This document shows, piece by piece, positions 58,700 through 64,000 of a DNA stretch of 64,000 nt. The stretch is taken from contig NC_087437.1 in the NCBI RefSeq assembly GCF_036321535.1, forward strand, positions 76,262,001 to 76,326,000, read 5' to 3'. A program made the position numbers and the translations under genes. The notes beneath the pieces are model-generated. The model did no database searches. It worked only from the letters and a program-made list of their open reading frames with translations, and was not told the origin of the DNA. How positions within the stretch are numbered: the stretch's first letter is position 1; each line of letters begins with the position of its first letter. Source of the stretch: Camelus dromedarius (taxonomy: Eukaryota).

Positions 58700-60830
58700 T
58701 TATTTAGTTTATTTATTAGAACAGTTTAGTTTCATAGCAAAATTGACTAGAAAAGTACAGAGTTCCCATATATCCCCTGCCCAGACACACTGCAGCGTCC
58801 CCGACTATTAACATTCTGCACCAGAGTGGTACCTTTGTTACAGTCAAGGAACCTACACTGATATGCTTACCCAAAGTCCATTGTTTACATTAAAGTTTAT
58901 TCTTGGTGTTGTAAATTCTATGGGTTTGGACAAATATATAATTCCTCCCTCCGGTTCCTTATATCGTTGCTGTCATTCATTTCACTTATACATAAGCATA
59001 TACATGTATCTGTATACACACACATACATAAGCATACATAGTCAAATACATTGTTGTTGTTATTATTATGAACCAATTAGATCAATAAAGGCTGACAAAA
59101 ATAAAAGGGGATTTTTTGCCTTTACTTATTCATTCTCTGGTGCTCTTCCTTTCTTTATGTAGATCCAAGTTTCTGAGCTACATCATTTTCCTTCTCTCTA
59201 AAAATCTTCTTTTAACATTTCTTGCAAGGCAAGCCTACTGGCAACAAATTCCCTCCATTGTTGTTTGAGAAAGAGTATTTCTCCTTCTATATTGAAGGAT
59301 AATTTCACAGGTTACAGAATTCTAGGGTGGTTTTTTTTGTTTTTCTCTCAACACTTTAAATACTCCACCTTCTTCTTGTTTGCATGATTTCTGAGAAATA
59401 GGATGTAATTCTTATCTTTGCTGCTTTTCAGGTAAGGTGTCTTTTTCCTCTGCCTTCTTTCAGGATTTTTTCTTTATTTTTGATTTTCTGTAATTTGAAA
59501 ATGATATCCCTCTGTGTGGTTTTTGGGGGACATTTATTTTGCCTGGTGTTCTCTGATCTTGGATTAGTGGTCTGGTGCCTGACATTATTTTGGGAGAAAT
59601 TATCAGTCATTATTGCTTCTGGTATTGCTTCAGTTCTTTTCTCCTCTTCTCTTCTGGTACTCCCTCTACATGTATGTAGTTGTCCTACAGTCCTTGGATA
59701 GTCTCTTCTATTTTTTTCCCTTTTTTTCTCTCTGCTTGTCAATTTTGGAAGTTTTTATCGCGTATCTCCAAGCTTGGAGATTCTTTCCTCAACATGTATC
59801 CAGCCTACTTATGGGCCCATCAGAGACCTTCATTGTTCCTGTGTACACTCTTTTTGATCACTAGTATTTCTTTTTGGTTCTTGGAATTCCCACCTCTCTG
59901 CTTACGTTATCCATCTGGCCTTGCATGTTGTCTGATTTTCCCATTAGAGCTCTTAGCCTATTAATCATAGTTGTTTTAAATTCTCAGTCTGATTATTCCA
60001 ACATACCTGCCATATCTGACTCTGGTTCTGATATTTGCTCAATCTCTTCAAACTATATTTTTCGCCTTTTAATATGCTTGGTAGTTGTTTGCTGAAATCC
60101 AGTCATAATGTACTGACAGGAAGGAACTGCAGTAAACAGGCCTGTAGTGGTGGGGTGGCAAGGTGCTGGGGAAGGGGAAACCTGATGCAGTCTTGTGACA
60201 GGTCTCAGTCTTTCGATGAGCCTGTGCTCCTGGATTGTGGACCTCACCAGTGCTTCTCAGTTTTCCCTCTTGTGTGCAGAACAGGATAGCTAGAGGGGGC
60301 TGGAATTATGTATTTCCCTTTCCCCATGGGGAAGGCTAGAGGGAGCTGAATTTCAGTATTTACCTTCCCCAGGTGTGTTAGGCCCTGATAAAACCCCAGC
60401 AGGTTAGGTTCTGGTAAAGTAGTTTCTCCTGAGAGCAAGCCTTGTTAAGAACAGAAATCTCTGGCATATTTCGAAATGGTTATTTCCCCCTCCCCCTGCC
60501 AGAAGCATGAGGAAATTTTTCTCCACTAGTCACTGAGGACCTGGGAGAGCTCCTGGAGGTGAGACCCACAGTTTGCCCCTTCCTACTCCACTCCTCTCCA
60601 CCAAGACTGAATCTTTCTGGAGCTTTAAACTCTCAGACTTGTCCACACTGAGCCTCCAGCAATTCATCAATTGTGGTTTAAGGTTTTATACACTGGCACT
60701 GATTCCCATGGGGGTTTCTGCTCTGGGGTTTCTGTTCTGTAAGTTGTGATGCTCTGTATTGCCTGTCTGCCTTTCCAATTTGGTGGGGGGCAGCATTGTG
60801 CTCTGTGACCTCATTTGTCCTTCAGATCTT
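58700..60830 (-). mobile_element. L1MC-type element: 3' end (58700-58945) joined to the ORF1/5' region
   Basis: The 3' end resembles the 54523 copy. ORF 59428-59742(-) ...TQRDIIFKLQKIKNKEKILKEGRGKRHLT is L1 ORF1p-like. Confidence 0.85.
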
Positions 60831-62131
60831 TGCTTTTTAATCACAAATGTGAATCCACTATGCAGGGAAACTGAAATAATATCCATATTTTCACTTAATT
60901 TTTGCACCTAACGCTTTGGAAAGCTTTTGGAGAAAGTCATTAATGTGGTGTAATCATAGCATTCTCCTGAGATGTAGCAGAATAGGAGCAAAAGAAGCAC
61001 AGAATAGTTCTATATTCATATTGGTTGGGAAAACCTGAGACATGCAAAATTTCATTTTTTTAATGACTCGCTTTTTAGAGATTATGAGATGTTAATGTAG
61101 ATACAACCTCAAACATAAACCAAATGCACCCTTGACCCCTCTATACCCTGACTCCTCCCAACATAACACCCTCGCTCTAAGCGGTGGAACTCACTGAGAA
61201 GGGACATGATAAGCACACACTGACTACATTCCTTTTTTGTGTTCTTTCTTTGAAGTGTCACAAAGAATTTTTTTTAAGCTCTCAAAATACAAAATGTTCC
61301 TGAGCTATTAAATATTTCACCAGTGTGGTTAATTTTTCCACATGGATTATCATCCCAGAAAGCTCAGAAAATGTTTTTTGGAGACTCTTGTTCTCTCTGA
61401 CAACTATTTTTCTTGGCATTAATTAAGCAATCCATACTATTTTCCCAGTTTAGGTTCTTCAGAAAAATGGGTCCCTAATACTTTGTAAGGATTGTTTCCC
61501 CAGTTTTCTGCATAGAATAATATAACCCAAAAGACGTAAGGTTCAAAAATGATATAAAAATTCATTGCTGAGTGAAATTACCTTTGCTTGAGGGATCAAA
61601 ACAGGGATAACAAGCTAATGGCATAGAAAACAAGCCCTTTCAGGCCAGCAGTGTGTACCAATAAACAGTCTTAAAGCTCTCCATGGTGTTTTGTGTAGTA
61701 ATTCCACTTTAACGTGGTTCCGATTACAAGTTGGAGTTATTCACCATAACATCATTTATGATAGCAAGACAACTGACATTAGGGGAATAGGAACCCCCCC
61801 CCCATTTTTTTATCCTTTTGATGGAAATCCAAGCAGCTGTTGGCATAACCTTGAAGATGTTTGTTGTCCATGTCATTAGCTTCATTATCTCTTTTTTGGT
61901 CCCTTGACCAAGGGTAATTTCACTCATCTATGAACTTTTACATCATTTTGAACATTATGTTCATCAGTTTACAGAAAGCATTTAATTATCCTATTGGTGA
62001 CCATTAAACTGTAAATGTGTTGAAGTGAGGGACTTTGCCTTTCTAATCCGTGTTTTTCTTGAACATGGTACGCATTACTAGATTATTCAAGAAAAATACA
62101 GATAAAAAAGACTGAAAGTCTCTTGAAGGAA

Positions 62132-62995
62132 TTTTAGTTACCACGGTTTATTTAAATAACACCCATGCCCCCAAAACATGATTCAAATTTTAGTTAATGA
62201 AGTATGTTAATAGTAACTAATTACATAAAGTACAGGCTTTGTTGCTCACTCTTCAGTTCGTAAATCACTTCGTAAATAGGAGAGGCACATAGTGATGAGT
62301 GACCAGTCACATTGCTGCTGTCAAAGACTGTTGGTGATTGGTCACTGGACAGCTGTTATTAAGTTTATGTAGTTGTGTTGCCTCCCTGTCTCCCCAGTGA
62401 TAAATCCACCTGACATTTTTACAAAAACAGATAATCAAAAGAGGAAATTGGCCGACAAAAATGAACATGCAGCAAAACAACAAAAGCGGTAGCACTGGAA
62501 GTGAACTTTGAATCAAGTGTAAAAGAGAGTTATAGAAGAAAGAGCTGACCATGGGAATACTGACACTACTGCTGTTCGAGAGAGTCTAGATGTGCAGCCA
62601 GAGAAAAATAATGAAAGTGAACTTGTAGACATCTATGAGGCGCTTGGTTGTGGTGCAAAGAATGACGACGTCCCAGATAAAGTGACGCTAGCAAACAACT
62701 TCATACTAGAGGAGCTTCTGGAAATATTTCTTGACATTAAAATGCCAAGTATAAAAGCTGAGCCAAACTTAGAAGCACCGTAGTTCACCAAAGTATAGAA
62801 ACAGTGTGTGCTTCATATCATAAGTTAATGCGATGAGAGGACAAGCACCATTCAAATTTTGATTTTTTTTTCACAAAGAAATTAGACACTTTACTTTTCA
62901 GTGTTTCAAATTATTGTGCGTTAAGTAAATACTAATTTTACTATTTTTTCATTTCTCTATATGATTATAACTGATAGAGTTTTTAATGTCTTGAT
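62132..62995 (+). mobile_element. TcMar-Tigger family fossil with transposase remnants
   Basis: TTTTAGTTACCACGGTTTA.... The acidic remnant QPEKNNESELVDIYE...DDVPDKVTLANNFILEELLEIF resembles a Tigger transposase C-terminus. Confidence 0.7.
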
Positions 62996-63605
62996 AAAAA
63001 TAGGAAAATTTCTCACTAGGCTTTTAACTTTTAACAGTGTTAATGCTAATTTTGATTCTGTCACCAGAATTAAGTTAAATAACTTGCATTTTTCTGCATA
63101 TAATGTTAAGAGTGTAAAGCAGAATATATCTTAGTGTGATCTCTAAAATTACACTGAATTTAAAAAACAGCAGCAACAAACATACTAATATTCCCATAAT
63201 AATTATTTAATTAAAAATGTACACCTCCTCATCTCTTTGGTTTATAAAACTACAATATTTTTATAGTTTAAAAATAAATTAATAAAGTAGAAAGGACAAG
63301 AAGCTAAGATGGAAAACATTCAAAGTAAAAATTATTTCTTCACTTTTGAAGACAGAAAATTTTAACTGTGTACACAGCATCACTCTTAAACTTAGGGGAA
63401 AACCCACACAGTTGCTTCTTCTTCCTCCTCTGAAATATTCTCTTTGTGGTCCATGCTCCACCTTCCTGGACTTCTCTGCCTCTTTCCATCTCTTAGAACA
63501 AGACAGAAATTGGAAATCTCTGTGGGGCCCACTGTGTGTCATTCCTTAATTTTCCTCCTCAATGTATCCCCTGCGTGGGAACTTCAGTAAGAAATAGGTC
63601 CTTTG

Positions 63606-63722
63606 TGGGGAGGGTATAGCTCAGTGGTATTGTGTGTGCCTCCTTTAAAAAATTAATATATAAATAAACCTAATAATCCCCCCCCAAAAAAACCCCGCAA
63701 AAAACAAAAGAAAAAAGAAAAA
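63606..63722 (+). mobile_element. Vic-1-type SINE with an internal deletion
   Basis: GGGGAGGGTATAGCTCAGTGGTA...CCTCC...AATAAACCTAAT...A-tail. Perfect 17-bp TSD AAGAAATAGGTCCTTTG at 63589-63605 and 63723-63739. Confidence 0.9.
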
Positions 63723-64000
63723 AAGAAATAGGTCCTTTGCCTTCATTTGACTCCTTTTACAGTCCAGTTTCTCATCCACTGATACAGGATTAGACAATAC
63801 CATAATATTAGTATATCCAGTCATGTTCATACTTTTTTCCTAAGGCAGTGGAATCTATTTTTCAAAAAAATTCTTAAGTGGAAGTGGAATGTAAGAGTCA
63901 GAGGAAGAATTCAATGGAGGGGCCTGGAGACCCATCTGATTTTGTTTCAGGAGGGACCTCTGGGGCCTCTGCCTGCAAATCTCAGCTGTCAGAGCACAGT

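Noticed and set aside
1..64000. CRISPR array, operon or prokaryotic defence system
   Set aside because: The DNA is mammalian. There are no regularly spaced repeats with unique spacers and no gene-dense ORF organisation.

Overview
This is AT-rich mammalian genomic DNA, almost certainly from a camelid (camel, alpaca or llama). It carries two tRNA-derived Vic-1-type SINEs and camelid/artiodactyl-type L1 3' tails, and I see no Alu, B1/B2, Bov-A/BovB or PRE-1 elements. Much of the window is transposon fossils: L1, L2, MIR, L3/CR1, MaLR/ERVL LTRs, hAT and Tigger. The one clear functional landmark is a split CpG-island promoter at ~46.7-47.7 kb and ~48.35-49.3 kb. It holds two candidate minus-strand first exons, each with a strong-context ATG and a GT donor in phase 1, so 1-46.7 kb is plausibly a long first intron. 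I could not name the gene and found no recognisable protein-coding exon. The ORF track is mostly noise, apart from decayed L1 ORF1/ORF2 and Tigger transposase remnants. I see no CRISPR array, RNA gene or convincing novel system. The best leads are the dual-first-exon promoter, candidate exons and enhancers in repeat-free islands, and several oddly structured retroelements. Repeat family names come from recalled consensus sequences, not a database run. Boundaries without a target-site duplication (TSD) are approximate.
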